From: Rhodobacteraceae bacterium UBA6141
GTDB taxonomy: Bacteria > Pseudomonadota > Alphaproteobacteria > Rhodobacterales > Rhodobacteraceae
Length of the DNA: 64,000 nucleotides
Assembly: GCA_002423245.1 (NCBI GenBank)
Contig: DIVD01000024.1
Location: 29,718-93,717, forward strand
Direction of reading: 5' to 3'
Under the pieces are notes generated by a model that worked only from the letters and a program-made list of their open reading frames with translations, did not search any database and had not been told where the DNA came from. A program made the translations under genes and the position numbers. Below are positions 1 to 9,601 of this stretch, piece after piece; the stretch's first letter is position 1, and the number at the start of each line of letters is the position of its first letter.

Positions 1-2411
1 TGTTCGCCATCGAACAGCGGCTTGGCGAATTCCACATACCAGTCGCAGACCTTGCCCCAGACAAAGGCGTAAAGCGCGTTCGCGGCATCGTTGAAGCGGT
101 AGCTGGCCAGGGCATCGTCCACCGCCTCGCGCACGCGGGCCGTCTCGCCGATGATCCAGCGGTTGACGGTATGGCTCGGCGCGGGAATGCCGGTGCCGCG
201 CGGGCCGATGAAGACGCCGTTCATCTCGGCAAAGCGCGTGGCGTTCCAGATCTTCGTGGTAAAGTTCCGGTAGCCGGCGATGCGCGCGGTGGACAGCTTC
301 AGATCGCGCCCCATCGCCGCCATCGCCGTGAGGGTGAAGCGCACCGCATCGGCGCCGTATTCGTCGATCAGTTCCAGCGGGTCGAGCACGTTGCCCAGCG
401 ATTTCGACATCTTCTTGCCCTTCTCGTCGCGGACGAGGGCATGGACATAGACGGTGCGGAACGGCACCTCGTTCACCACGGCAAGCTGCATCATCATCAT
501 CCGGGCGACCCAGAAGAAGATGATGTCGAACCCGGTGATCAGGGTCGAGGTCGGGAAGTAGCGCGCCAGTTCCGGCGTGTCCTCCGGCCAGCCCAGTGTG
601 CCGATCGGCCAGAGCGCGGAAGAGAACCAGGTGTCCAGCACATCGGGATCGCGCCAGACCGGATAGACCAGATGCGTCGGATCCTGGCTGAGGTTGTAGT
701 CGGCAAGGCTGCTGGCCAGCGCCTCCACGGCGGCCTGCCGGTCCGCGACCTCGATCACCCGCGCGGCGTGAAGCGGGGCGGGCAGGGCGGCCAGATCGGC
801 GCGGAAGGCTTCGGAGACCGATGCCAGATCGGCGGCGCAGTGGGGGCGCGGCTCGCCGTGGTTGAAGCTGCCCTCGTTCAGCAGGCGGAAGATCTCCACC
901 TCGTCCAGCGCATTGTCGCCCTCGTCATCGGCAAAGCCGGTCTGGAAGATGTCGAGCCCGTACCAGACCGGGATCTGGTGCCCCCACCAGAGCTGGCGGC
1001 TGATGCACCAGGGCTCGATGGTCTCCAGCCAGTGGAAATAGACCTTCTCATGCTGCTGGGGCAGGATCGCGGTGCGCCCGTCCCGCACCGCGTCGATCGC
1101 CGGTTGCACGATCCTCGCGGTATCGACGAACCACTGGTCGGTCAGCATCGGCTCGATCACCACCTTCGAGCGGTCGCCGAAGGGCTGCATGATCGGCTTG
1201 GTCTCGACATGCGGCACCAGCTCGCCATCCTCGCCCGGCACCATGACCGCCAGCCCCTCGGCGGTGATGTCGGCCACGATGGCGCGGCGCGCCGCGAAGC
1301 GGTCCATGCCGCGATAGGCATCGGGGACGAGGTTGATCGCGTCGATCTCTGCCTCGGTGAAGCGCGCGCCCGCCAGGACGGCCCGCGCCTTGGCGACCTC
1401 CTCGGCATAGGGGGCGCCGTCCTCGCGCAGCCTCGCGCGGCTGTCCATCAGCCGGTAGCAGGGGATGCCGTGCCGCCGGGCGACGGCGTAGTCGTTGAAG
1501 TCATGCGCGCCGGTGATCTTCACCGCGCCGGAGCCAAAGGCGGGGTCGGGATATTCGTCGGCGATGATCGGGATCAGGCGGCGATGCTCTTTCGGGCCGA
1601 CCGGAATTTCGCACAGCTTGCCGACGATCGGCGCATAGCGCGCGTCCGAGGGATGCACCGCGACCGCGCCATCGCCCAGCATGGTTTCGGGCCGCGTGGT
1701 GGCGATGGAGATATAGTCGCGGATCTCGCGCAGCGTCACCGCGCCATCGGCATCGCGTTCGACATATTCATAGGTCTCGCCGCCCGCGAGCGGATACTTG
1801 AAGTGCCACATATGGCCCGCGACCTCGATATTCTCGACCTCGAGGTCGGAAATCGCGGTCTCGAAATGCGGATCCCAGTTCACCAGCCGCTTGCCGCGAT
1901 AGATCAGGCCCTTGTCGTAAAGCTCCACGAACACCTTGATGACCGCCCGCTGGAAATGCGCGTCCATCGTGAAGGCGTTGCGCTCCCAGTCGCAGGAGGC
2001 GCCAAGCCGCTTGAGCTGGTTGATGATGGTGCCGCCGGATTTCTCCTTCCACTCCCAGACCTTCTGCAGAAAGGCTTCGCGGCCCATCTCGCGGCGGCCG
2101 GGTTGCTGCGCTTGCGCCAGCTCGCGCTCGACCACCATCTGCGTGGCGATCCCGGCATGGTCCTGCCCCGGCTGCCAGAGCGTGTCGAACCCGCGCATCC
2201 GGTGCCAGCGCACCACGATGTCCTGCAGCGTGTTGTTGAAGGCATGCCCCATGTGCAGGCTGCCGGTCACGTTCGGCGGCGGGATCATGATGCAGAATGG
2301 CGCTGCCCCCGGCCTGGCATTGGCGCCGGCGCGGAAGGCGCGCACCCGTTCCCACTCGGCATAGAGCCGCGGCTCGGCCTCGGCGGCATTGAAGGTCTTT
2401 TCCATCGGCAT
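1..2411 (-). CDS. valS: valyl-tRNA synthetase, N-terminal ~800 codons (3' end lies beyond window start)
   Basis: My reverse-strand translation from ATG 2411 reads [29 protein letters not shown]...[51 protein letters not shown] (class-I HIGH motif, ValRS-type N-terminus). It is absent from the ORF track because it is open at the window edge. Track ORF 171..2729(+) is its antisense shadow. Confidence 0.9.
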   Translation of the reverse strand, partial: MPMEKTFNAAEAEPRLYAEWERVRAFRAGANARPGAAPFCIMIPPPNVTGSLHMGHAFNNTLQDIVVRWHRMRGFDTLWQPGQDHAGIATQMVVERELAQAQQPGRREMGREAFLQKVWEWKEKSGGTIINQLKRLGASCDWERNAFTMDAHFQRAVIKVFVELYDKGLIYRGKRLVNWDPHFETAISDLEVENIEVAGHMWHFKYPLAGGETYEYVERDADGAVTLREIRDYISIATTRPETMLGDGAVAVHPSDARYAPIVGKLCEIPVGPKEHRRLIPIIADEYPDPAFGSGAVKITGAHDFNDYAVARRHGIPCYRLMDSRARLREDGAPYAEEVAKARAVLAGARFTEAEIDAINLVPDAYRGMDRFAARRAIVADITAEGLAVMVPGEDGELVPHVETKPIMQPFGDRSKVVIEPMLTDQWFVDTARIVQPAIDAVRDGRTAILPQQHEKVYFHWLETIEPWCISRQLWWGHQIPVWYGLDIFQTGFADDEGDNALDEVEIFRLLNEGSFNHGEPRPHCAADLASVSEAFRADLAALPAPLHAARVIEVADRQAAVEALASSLADYNLSQDPTHLVYPVWRDPDVLDTWFSSALWPIGTLGWPEDTPELARYFPTSTLITGFDIIFFWVARMMMMQLAVVNEVPFRTVYVHALVRDEKGKKMSKSLGNVLDPLELIDEYGADAVRFTLTAMAAMGRDLKLSTARIAGYRNFTTKIWNATRFAEMNGVFIGPRGTGIPAPSHTVNRWIIGETARVREAVDDALASYRFNDAANALYAFVWGKVCDWYVEFAKPLFDGE

Positions 2412-2519
2412 CGGTTGCACCCCGTCTTGCATGCGAGGTGTTTAGCCGCCAGGCGCCGCAAGGGAAAGGCCGGAGCCGCGGGGCGCGTCACTGCGCCGGA
2501 TAGAGGTTCGCCCAGCGCG

Positions 2520-2846
2520 TCAGAACAGTTTCGCGATGAACCCCACCGCCAGCCTGACAATCCAGGCCCAGGCCAGCAAGCCGCCGATCACGACCGGAAC
2601 CAGCCACCAGCCCGAGGGCGCGTCGCCGCCCCTGTCGGCAGTTGCAAGCCGCACTGCCGGTCGTCGCTCTGCCCGGTTTCCACCAACCTGTTCCGCACCG
2701 GCCAAGCGGCGCGGTGCGGCGATCATTGACGCGGCGAGCGTTGACGCTGCCTGCGTTGACGCGGCCTGCGTTGACGCTGCCTGCGTTGACGCTGCATGTG
2801 GCGACCGACCGGATATGAAGGTCGGTTTCACCTCGATATTGCCCAT
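2520..2846 (-). CDS. hypothetical small tail-anchored membrane protein with (AASTQ)n repeat
   Basis: Track ORF 2520..2867(-). Internal ATG 2846 has GGGGGA 6 nt upstream. Sequence is MGNIEVKPT..., then AASTQ x4, then a C-terminal hydrophobic helix GWWLVPVVIGGLLAWAWIVRLAVGFIAKLF. No family recognised, and coding status is unproven. Confidence 0.4.
   Translation of the reverse strand: MGNIEVKPTFISGRSPHAASTQAASTQAASTQAASTLAASMIAAPRRLAGAEQVGGNRAERRPAVRLATADRGGDAPSGWWLVPVVIGGLLAWAWIVRLAVGFIAKLF
2726..2800. repeat. 5 x 15-bp tandem repeat (TTGACGCNGCNNGCG)
   Basis: Read directly: ttgacgcggcgagcg / ttgacgctgcctgcg / ttgacgcggcctgcg / ttgacgctgcctgcg / ttgacgctgcatgtg. The unit is a multiple of 3, so it is in frame with the small ORF on the minus strand. 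Confidence 0.9.
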
Positions 2847-2952
2847 GTTGAGTCCCCCGCGCAGCACGCTTGTCGGAAAACCGGGGCGGCGTCATCCTGT
2901 CTAAAAGGACAGGTCCGGCTTCATCGCGCCCGGGGTTTCAGGGGAACTGCGG

Positions 2953-3420
2953 TCACACGGCGCGATCCATCTTGGTGGACAGGTGGATCAGGCTTTCCGA
3001 CGATTTCACGCCCGTCATCTCGCCGATCTGGTCCAGCACCGCATCCAGCACCGCCGTCGAGGGCGCCGCGATCTGCAGCAGCAGATCGACCCGGCCCGAG
3101 GTGGTGTGCACCCGCTCGATCTCGGGGATCGCCTTCAGCCGCGTCAGGATCGCGGGCTGCGCGCGCGGCTCGATCGTCAGCAGCACGGTCGCGCGAATCC
3201 GGCCCTGCCGCGCCGCCTCGCCCAGCTTGACGGTGTAGCCGGCGATCACGCCGCCGGTCTCCAGCCGCTCCAGCCGGGCCTGGATGGTGGACCGTGCCAC
3301 CTTCAGCCGCCGCGCAAGCGTTGCCACGGAAATACGTGCATCGGCGCTGAGCAGCCCCAGCAGGGCGCGGTCGAGGTCATCCACGGGGCAGCCCTTCACT
3401 TTGAGCGGACGTTTCGTCAT
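2953..3420 (-). CDS. Lrp/AsnC-family transcriptional regulator
   Basis: MTKRPLKVKGCPVDDLDRALLGLLSADARISVATLARRLKVARSTIQARLERLETGGVIAGYTV... shows an HTH plus a C-terminal RAM-type domain. I chose ATG 3420 (155 aa, typical for the family) over the track start 3732. Divergent from the decarboxylase gene. Confidence 0.85.
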   Translation of the reverse strand: MTKRPLKVKGCPVDDLDRALLGLLSADARISVATLARRLKVARSTIQARLERLETGGVIAGYTVKLGEAARQGRIRATVLLTIEPRAQPAILTRLKAIPEIERVHTTSGRVDLLLQIAAPSTAVLDAVLDQIGEMTGVKSSESLIHLSTKMDRAV

Positions 3421-3613
3421 AATAACGACCTGGCGACGCAAATCTACTCTTTTGATCGGTGAAGTTGTGCCCCATATCGCGCAGACTTCGTTTTCAGGAA
3501 AAGGGCGGCTCATACGCACCTGGCCTGGTTTGGTTGAACGCGTAAGCGTCCCGAACTGGTATTCCAGGGCTGGGGAAGGCTGCGCTCTGTTGGCACATGA
3601 AGGGGACAGGCCG

Positions 3614-4756
3614 ATGGGGCTCTCGAAAACGATCTGGACGAATCCGTCCGAATTCCTCCGCGCGCAGAAGCCGGAAAATCCGGTGATGTTCTTTGCACCC
3701 ACGGTCCTGCAGGCGACCGCGCGGCGCTTCATCGCGGGCTTTCCGGGCCTCGTGACCTATGCGGTCAAGTCGAACCCGGACGAGATGGTGGTGCAGAACC
3801 TCGTCGCCGCCGGCATCCGCGGCTTCGATGTCGCCTCGCCGCATGAGATCGACATGATCCGCCGGCTCGCGCCGGGGGCGGCGCTGCACTACAACAACCC
3901 GGTGCGCGCGCGGGCCGAGATCGCCCATGCCGTCGCCGCCAATGTCCGGTCCTGGTCGGTGGACAGCCATTCCGAGCTGGCGAAGCTGATCGAGATGGTC
4001 CCGGCGGAGGGCTGCGAGATCTCGGTGCGCTACAAGCTGCCGGTGGCGGGCGCCGCCTACAACTTCGGCGCCAAGTTCGGCGCCACGGTCGAGCTTGCCG
4101 CCGAGCTGCTGGCAAGGGTCGCCGCGGCGGGCTTCGTGCCCTCGCTGACCTTCCACCCCGGCACCCAGTGCACCGACCCGATGGCATGGGACGCCTATAT
4201 CCGCGCGGGCGCAGGGATCTGCGCGATGGCGGGTGTCAGGGCGGCGCGGCTGAACGTCGGCGGCGGCTTCCCCTCGCACCGGCTGAACGAGGTGATGCCG
4301 CAGCTCGAGGCGACCTTCGCGCTGATCGACCGCGTGGCGACCGAGGCCTTCGGCGCCGACCGCCCGGCACTGGTGTGCGAGCCGGGCCGCGGCCTTGTCG
4401 CCGATGCCTTCACGCTGGCCGCCAAGGTGAAGGCGGTGCGCGACGACGCGCATGTGTTCATCAACGATGGCGTCTATGGCGCGCTGACCGAACTGCCGAT
4501 GATCGGCGTGATCGACCGGACCGAGGTGATCTCGCCCGAGGGGATCCGGCGCGACGGGCCGCGGCGCGAGCGCATCGTCTTCGGCCCCACCTGCGATTCG
4601 GTGGACCGGCTGCCGGGCGAGCTGTCGCTGCCGGGCGACCTGCAGGAGGGCGACTACCTCGTCTTCCACGGCATGGGCGCCTATTCGACCGCGACCAACA
4701 CCCGCTTCAACGGGTTCGGCGACGTGCTGCTGGCCACCGTGCTGTCGCTGCGCTGA
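3614..4756 (+). CDS. fold-type III PLP-dependent decarboxylase (ornithine/lysine/arginine decarboxylase family)
   Basis: Motifs YAVKSNP (PLP-Lys), NVGGGFP, CEPGRGLVADA, GPTCDSVD and GAYS. ATG 3614 is preceded by GAAGGGGA. Track ORF 3284..4756 has an implausible N-terminal extension. Confidence 0.85.
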   Translation: MGLSKTIWTNPSEFLRAQKPENPVMFFAPTVLQATARRFIAGFPGLVTYAVKSNPDEMVVQNLVAAGIRGFDVASPHEIDMIRRLAPGAALHYNNPVRARAEIAHAVAANVRSWSVDSHSELAKLIEMVPAEGCEISVRYKLPVAGAAYNFGAKFGATVELAAELLARVAAAGFVPSLTFHPGTQCTDPMAWDAYIRAGAGICAMAGVRAARLNVGGGFPSHRLNEVMPQLEATFALIDRVATEAFGADRPALVCEPGRGLVADAFTLAAKVKAVRDDAHVFINDGVYGALTELPMIGVIDRTEVISPEGIRRDGPRRERIVFGPTCDSVDRLPGELSLPGDLQEGDYLVFHGMGAYSTATNTRFNGFGDVLLATVLSLR

Positions 4757-4946
4757 GCTGCCGCACAGGGGCAAGGCATGCAGGCGGGCGAGCGCATCGC
4801 CCGCCTTTCGCCTGCCCGGCAGGCACCCGCGCCCTCTGTGCAGATCGGGCGGCGCTTTTGTGCGGGCGGGTACGGAACCTGCATCTTTCGTAGCGACTAT
4901 ATTCTTGAACGGGTGGGGCGGGACCGGCAGCATGACGGCCATGCCC

Positions 4947-4990
4947 GCACCGGCAGACGCACCGGCAGACTCACGGGCAGACGCACGGGC
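4947..4990. repeat. ~3.7 x 12-bp tandem repeat (GCACCGGCAGAC)
   Basis: gcaccggcagac / gcaccggcagac / tcacgggcagac / gcacgggc, read directly. Ends 7 nt before the ATG at 4997. Confidence 0.85.
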
Positions 4991-4996
4991 TTCGCA

Positions 4997-6139
4997 ATGG
5001 GCGGGTCCGGTCTTGGGGACAGGAGGCGAAGGGGCAAGGTGAGGCGGCTTCGGGACAGGCTTCTCAACCTCCTGGGCCTCGGCCCGCGCGTCGAAAGCAC
5101 GCAGCGGGCCGCGCCCGCCGGTCCGGTGCGCCCGCGTTATGATCATGTGATCCTGCTCGATGGCACGATGTCCTCGCTCGAGCCGGGCGAGGAAACCAAT
5201 GTCGGGCTGATCTGGAAGCTATTGCGCGACATGCCGCGCGATCCGGCCGCTGCCCATCAGCAGATGGTCCATTACGAGGCCGGCGTGCAATGGCAGACCT
5301 GGCGGCGCTTCGGCGATGTGGCGCTGGGGCGCGGCCTCGACCGGCAGATCCGCCGCGCCTATGGCTGGCTGGCCACGCGCTACCGCCCCGGTGACCGGAT
5401 TTTCCTGATCGGCTATTCGCGCGGCGCCTATGCGGTGCGCTCGCTGGCGGGGGTGATCGACGGCGTCGGCCTGCTGCGCCATGACGAGGCGACGGAGCGC
5501 AACATCCGCCAGGCCTTCCGCCACTATGAACTGTCGCCGGGCAGCCCTGCCGCCCGCACCTTCGCTGCGCTGACCTGCCACGCCTCGGCAGAGGTGGAGA
5601 TGGTCGGCGTCTTCGACACGGTGAAGGCGCTTGGCCTGCGGCTGCCGCTGCTGTGGATGCTGACCGAGCCGCGGCACGCATTCCACAGCCACCAGCTTGG
5701 CCCGGCGATCCGCCACGGCTTTCAGGCCCTCGCGCTGGATGAAACGCGGGCGGTGTTCACGCCGGTGATGTGGACCTGCCCCGAGGGCTGGACCGGGCGG
5801 GTGGAGCAGATGTGGTTCCGCGGTGCGCATGGCGATGTCGGTGGCCAGCTTGGCGGCTTTCACGCGGCGCGGGGCCTGTCGAACATCCCGCTGGTCTGGA
5901 TGCTGTCCGAGGCCGAGCGCTGCGGCCTGATGCTGCCCGAGGGCTGGCGCGCGCGCTTTCCGATGGACCCCGAGGCGCCCAGCGTCGGCTGCTGGCGCGG
6001 CATCGGCAAGCTGTTCATCCTGCGCAGCCCGCGCAGGGTGGGCGCGGACCCCTCTGAACGCCTGCACCCGACCGCGCAGCTTTCCCCCCGCGCGCGCCGC
6101 CTGCGCCTGCCCGGCGCCGTGAGCCACGCGGCGGAATAG
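4997..6139 (+). CDS. DUF2235 alpha/beta-hydrolase (Tle1-like phospholipase fold)
   Basis: Motifs HVILLDGT, IFLIGYSRGAYAVRSLAG (GxSxG nucleophile elbow), VGVFDTVKALG and FRGAHGDVGG are characteristic of DUF2235. The start is uncertain: ATG 4997, or GTG 5039 with GGAGG upstream. Confidence 0.75.
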   Translation: MGGSGLGDRRRRGKVRRLRDRLLNLLGLGPRVESTQRAAPAGPVRPRYDHVILLDGTMSSLEPGEETNVGLIWKLLRDMPRDPAAAHQQMVHYEAGVQWQTWRRFGDVALGRGLDRQIRRAYGWLATRYRPGDRIFLIGYSRGAYAVRSLAGVIDGVGLLRHDEATERNIRQAFRHYELSPGSPAARTFAALTCHASAEVEMVGVFDTVKALGLRLPLLWMLTEPRHAFHSHQLGPAIRHGFQALALDETRAVFTPVMWTCPEGWTGRVEQMWFRGAHGDVGGQLGGFHAARGLSNIPLVWMLSEAERCGLMLPEGWRARFPMDPEAPSVGCWRGIGKLFILRSPRRVGADPSERLHPTAQLSPRARRLRLPGAVSHAAE

Positions 6140-6231
6140 GGGCTGACGGGCCGCCCATCCTGATCTGTGTCACCGCAGGCGCGCCCAACGCCCGGCCGGC
6201 GCCCCCTCCGGGCTCGGCGGTGCAAAGGGGC

Positions 6232-7098
6232 TCAGGCCACTTTTTCAAGCCCGGCATCGGCGGTGATGCCAAGTGCGCGGCACACGTCGCGGGTCAGTTG
6301 CGGGCGGTTCAGGGTGTAGAAATGCAGATCCGCCACCCCCTCGCGCAGCAGCCTCTCGCAAAGCCCGGTGCAGATCTCGGTGGAGAGCAGCGCCTCGCGC
6401 CCCTCGCCGCGGGCGGCGGTGAACGCCTCGTCGAGCCATTGCGGAACCGTGGCGCCGCAGCGGGCGGCGAAGCGGCGGGTGCCCTCCCAGGACTCGATCG
6501 GCAGGATGCCGGGGATGATCGGCGCGGCGATTCCGGCGGCGGCGCAGGCATCGCGAAAGCGCAGGAAGGTGTCGGCCTCGAAGAAGAACTGGGTGATCGC
6601 GCTGCTGGCGCCCGCGTCGATCTTGCGCTTCAGCCAGGCCACGTCGGCGGCGCTGTCCGTCGCCTCGGGATGCGGCTCGGGATAGGCGCCGGCGCGCAGG
6701 GTGAAGCGGCCGGTGGCGGCCAGCGCCTCGATCAGCTCGACCGAGGAGGCAAAGCCTTCGGGATGCGGGGTGAAGCGCGTCTGCCCCTTGGGCGGATCGC
6801 CGCGCAGGGCCACGATCTCGGTCACGCCGGCATCGGCGTAGGCTTGCGCGATCTCCAGCGTCTCGGCGCGGGTCGCGTCCACGCAGGTCAGATGCGCCGC
6901 GACGTTCAGGCCATAGTTCTTGCCGATCGTCGTCACCGCCTCATGGGTCAGCTTGCGGGTGGTGCCGCCGGCGCCATAGGTGACCGACACGAAGGACGGC
7001 TTCAGCGGCGCGAGCGCCTGCACCGTCTCCCACAGCCGGAAGGAGGCGTCGAGCGTCTGCGGCGGGAAGAATTCGAACGAGATGCGCGGCGTGGTCAT
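6232..7098 (-). CDS. metF: 5,10-methylenetetrahydrofolate reductase
   Basis: MTTPRISFEFFPPQTLDASFRLWETVQALAPLKPSFVSVTYGAGGTTRKLTHE...AHLTCV...VALRGDPP, full-length MetF signature. Confidence 0.92.
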   Translation of the reverse strand: MTTPRISFEFFPPQTLDASFRLWETVQALAPLKPSFVSVTYGAGGTTRKLTHEAVTTIGKNYGLNVAAHLTCVDATRAETLEIAQAYADAGVTEIVALRGDPPKGQTRFTPHPEGFASSVELIEALAATGRFTLRAGAYPEPHPEATDSAADVAWLKRKIDAGASSAITQFFFEADTFLRFRDACAAAGIAAPIIPGILPIESWEGTRRFAARCGATVPQWLDEAFTAARGEGREALLSTEICTGLCERLLREGVADLHFYTLNRPQLTRDVCRALGITADAGLEKVA

Positions 7099-7143
7099 GG
7101 ATGAAATCCTCCTGTTGCTCCCCTTGTGCCACGATCTGCAAAG

Positions 7144-7156
7144 TGAGACAAATTCA
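7144..7156. promoter_or_regulatory. candidate MetR box in the metF-metR divergent region
   Basis: TGAGACAAATTCA matches the enterobacterial MetR consensus TGAA-N5-TTCA at 12 of the 13 positions (7 of 8 specified bases). It lies in the only AT-rich stretch (about 7141..7180) between the divergent metF and metR. Confidence 0.35.
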
Positions 7157-7190
7157 TAATCCTAATGATGAACATGAGCCGGGCCGCATT

Positions 7191-8096
7191 ATGCATCTGG
7201 AGCTTCGCCACCTGCGCACCCTGAAGGCGATCCATGAGACGGGCGGGCTGGCCCGCGCCGCCGAGAGGCTGAACATCACCCAGTCGGCGCTGAGCCATCA
7301 GGTGAAGGGCATCGAGGGTCAGGCGGGGGTAGAGCTGTTCGTGCGCCGGTCCCGGCCGCTGAAGCTGTCGGCGGCGGGGCTGCGGATGCTGCGCGCCGCC
7401 GAACGCATCCTGCCCGAGATCGAGGCGCTGGAGGAGGAGTTTCGCGGCCTGCGCTCGGGCCGCGCGGGGCGGCTGCACATCGCCATCGAGTGCCATGCGT
7501 GTTTCGACTGGCTGTTTCCGGTGCTGGAGGAGTTCCGCCGCGCCTGGCCCGAGGTGGACGTGGACATCCGCCCCGGCCTTGCCTTCGGCGCGCTGCCGGC
7601 GCTGATGCGCGAGGAGGTGGATCTGGTGATTTCCTCGGATCCCGAGGATCTGCCGGGGGCGGTGTTCCACCCGCTGTTCGACTATTCACCCACTTTCATA
7701 GCTTCGGCGCAGAACCCGTTGGCGCAGAAGGATTTCGTCATGGCGGACGATTTCCGCGACCAGACGCTGATCACCTATCCCGTGGACCGCGCCCGCCTTG
7801 ATGTCTTCGCGCAATTGCTGACGCCCGCGAAGGTGGAGCCGCGGGCGGTGCGGCAGGTGGAGCTGACCGCGGTGATCCTGATGCTGGTCGCCTCGAATCG
7901 CGGGGTGGCGGTGCTGCCGGACTGGGTGCTGCGCGAGGCGAGATATCAGCCCGACTATGTGACGCGGCCCGTGACCGCGGCGGGGCTGACGCGGCGGCTT
8001 TATGCGGCGACGCGGGCTGTGGATGCGGCGCAGCCGTTCATGGCGCATGTGCTGCGGCTGGCGCGCACCGGGCCGGTGAAGTTGCAGCGGACCTGA
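7191..8096 (+). CDS. metR: LysR-family transcriptional activator, MetR type
   Basis: MHLELRHLRTLKAIHETGGLARAAERLNITQSALSHQVKGIE...LHIAIECHACFDWLFPVLEEFRRAWPEVDVDI is MetR-like, and the gene is divergent from metF. ATG 7191. Confidence 0.85.
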   Translation: MHLELRHLRTLKAIHETGGLARAAERLNITQSALSHQVKGIEGQAGVELFVRRSRPLKLSAAGLRMLRAAERILPEIEALEEEFRGLRSGRAGRLHIAIECHACFDWLFPVLEEFRRAWPEVDVDIRPGLAFGALPALMREEVDLVISSDPEDLPGAVFHPLFDYSPTFIASAQNPLAQKDFVMADDFRDQTLITYPVDRARLDVFAQLLTPAKVEPRAVRQVELTAVILMLVASNRGVAVLPDWVLREARYQPDYVTRPVTAAGLTRRLYAATRAVDAAQPFMAHVLRLARTGPVKLQRT

Positions 8097-8109
8097 GGCG
8101 GCCGGAAAG

Positions 8110-8166
8110 CCGGGGGGCTGTCTGCCCCCCGGAACCCCCCGAGGATATTTCCGCCAGCAAGAAGCC
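8110..8166 (-). repeat. REP-like intergenic element, copy A (inverted relative to copies B/C)
   Basis: Perfect hairpin ccggggggc-tgtct-gccccccgg (8110..8132), followed by gaggatatttccgccagcaagaagcc. The reverse complement is near-identical to 44980..45034. Confidence 0.8.
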
Positions 8167-8271
8167 GGGAGTGGCGCCGTGGCGCTGGTCGCGATGGGTA
8201 CAATTGCGCTGATGACGGGGGCGGCGGGCAGGATTATGCCTTGGGGGCGCCGCGAACCGCGAGAAAGACCG

Positions 8272-9528
8272 ATGACTGCTTCCTCCCCGTCTGCCGGCCC
8301 GTCGGCACCCCCGTCTGGCACCGCCTCTGGCTCTTCGCTGCCGAAGCCCGGCGCGGCGGGGGATACCGTGTTCCCGATCCTGCTGGCGATCAGCCTGTGC
8401 CACATGCTCAACGATGTCATGCAGTCGTTGCTGGCGGCGCTCTATCCGATGCTGAAGACCGATTTCGCGCTGGATTACTGGCAGATCGGGCTGCTGACCA
8501 TGGCGTTCCAGTTCACCGCCTCGCTGCTGCAGCCGGCGATCGGGATCTTTACCGACAACCATCCGCAGCCCTGGTCGCTGCCGGTGGCGATGGGTTCGAC
8601 CTTTTGCGGGCTCTTGCTGCTGGCCTTCGCGCCCGGCTATCCGCTGCTGCTGGCCGGGGCGGCGCTGATCGGGATCGGCTCGGCGATCTTCCATCCCGAA
8701 TCCTCGCGCGTGGCGCGGATGGCCTCGGGCGGGCGGTTCGGGATGGCGCAATCGGTGTTCCAGGTCGGGGGCAATTTCGGCACCTCGCTGGGGCCGCTGC
8801 TGGCGGCGTTCATCGTGGTGCCGCTCGGGCGGCCGAGCGTGGCGCTGTTCTGCGTGCTGGCGCTGGCGGCGATGGTCATCCTCGGCCGGGTCGGGCGCTG
8901 GTACGGGCGCACGCTGGCGGCCGCCAGCAGGCGCAGGGCCGACCGCACCCTGCCGCTGCCGCGCCAAACGGTGATCCTGGCGCTGGTGGTGCTGGCCTTC
9001 CTGACCTTCACCAAGAACATCTACATGGCCAGCATCTCGAGCTATTACACCTTCTACCTGATCGAGACCTTCGGGATCGGAACCCAGCACTCGCAGCTGA
9101 TGCTGTTCCTGTTCCTGGGCGCCGTTGCCGCGGGCACGGTGCTGGGCGGGCCGGTGGCCGACCGGTTCGGACCGATGCCGGTGATCTGGGTGTCGATCCT
9201 GGGGGTGCTGCCCTTCACGCTGGCGCTGCCGCATGTCGGGCTGGTCGGCAGCGGCGTGCTGTCGGTCTGCATCGGGCTGATCCTCGCCTCGGCCTTCTCG
9301 GCGATCGTGGTCTTCGCGCAGGAACTGGTGCCGGGCCGGGTGGGGATGGTGGCGGGCATCTTCTTCGGCTTCTCCTTCGGCATGGGCGGCATCGCGGCCG
9401 CGGTGCTGGGGCTTCTGGCCGACAGCCACGGCATCCGCTTTGTCTATCTGATCTGCTCGGGCCTGCCGGCGCTTGGCATCCTGACGATCCTGCTGCCGCG
9501 GCGCAGCGCCTTCGTGCGGGCGGGCTAG
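8272..9528 (+). CDS. MFS transporter, Fsr (fosmidomycin-resistance) subfamily
   Basis: FPILLAISLCHMLNDVMQSLLAALYPMLK...GSAIFHPESSRVARMASGGRFGMAQSVFQVGGNFGTSLGP, with 12 hydrophobic segments. ATG 8272. Confidence 0.8.
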   Translation: MTASSPSAGPSAPPSGTASGSSLPKPGAAGDTVFPILLAISLCHMLNDVMQSLLAALYPMLKTDFALDYWQIGLLTMAFQFTASLLQPAIGIFTDNHPQPWSLPVAMGSTFCGLLLLAFAPGYPLLLAGAALIGIGSAIFHPESSRVARMASGGRFGMAQSVFQVGGNFGTSLGPLLAAFIVVPLGRPSVALFCVLALAAMVILGRVGRWYGRTLAAASRRRADRTLPLPRQTVILALVVLAFLTFTKNIYMASISSYYTFYLIETFGIGTQHSQLMLFLFLGAVAAGTVLGGPVADRFGPMPVIWVSILGVLPFTLALPHVGLVGSGVLSVCIGLILASAFSAIVVFAQELVPGRVGMVAGIFFGFSFGMGGIAAAVLGLLADSHGIRFVYLICSGLPALGILTILLPRRSAFVRAG

Positions 9529-9601
9529 CCTCGCGGCAGGGCCTTTCCTTTCGCCGCGCCCGCTTGTATAGCACCGCGCTTGAACAAGGGAGCCTTCCGG
9601 C

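Noticed and set aside
171-2729. 852-aa plus-strand ORF, and similar giants: 24974..28630(-), 56438..58861(-), 59452..63645(+, upstream 3.4 kb), 47383..50364(-), 8038..9762(-), 19536..22145(-).
   Set aside because: Their translations are Arg/Ala/Gly/Pro-rich with no motifs. Each lies antisense or out of frame to a gene with clear family signatures (valS, lnt/metK, the stator pair, clpA, ccr/helicase, MFS, miaB). These are typical stop-codon-poor shadows in high-GC DNA.
4778-4996. Longer DUF2235 ORF starting at ATG 4778, which would make the 12-bp repeat coding as RTGRRTGRLTGRRTG.
   Set aside because: The extension has no RBS, has odd composition, and begins 22 nt after the decarboxylase stop. 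The family domain starts well downstream. Cannot be fully excluded.
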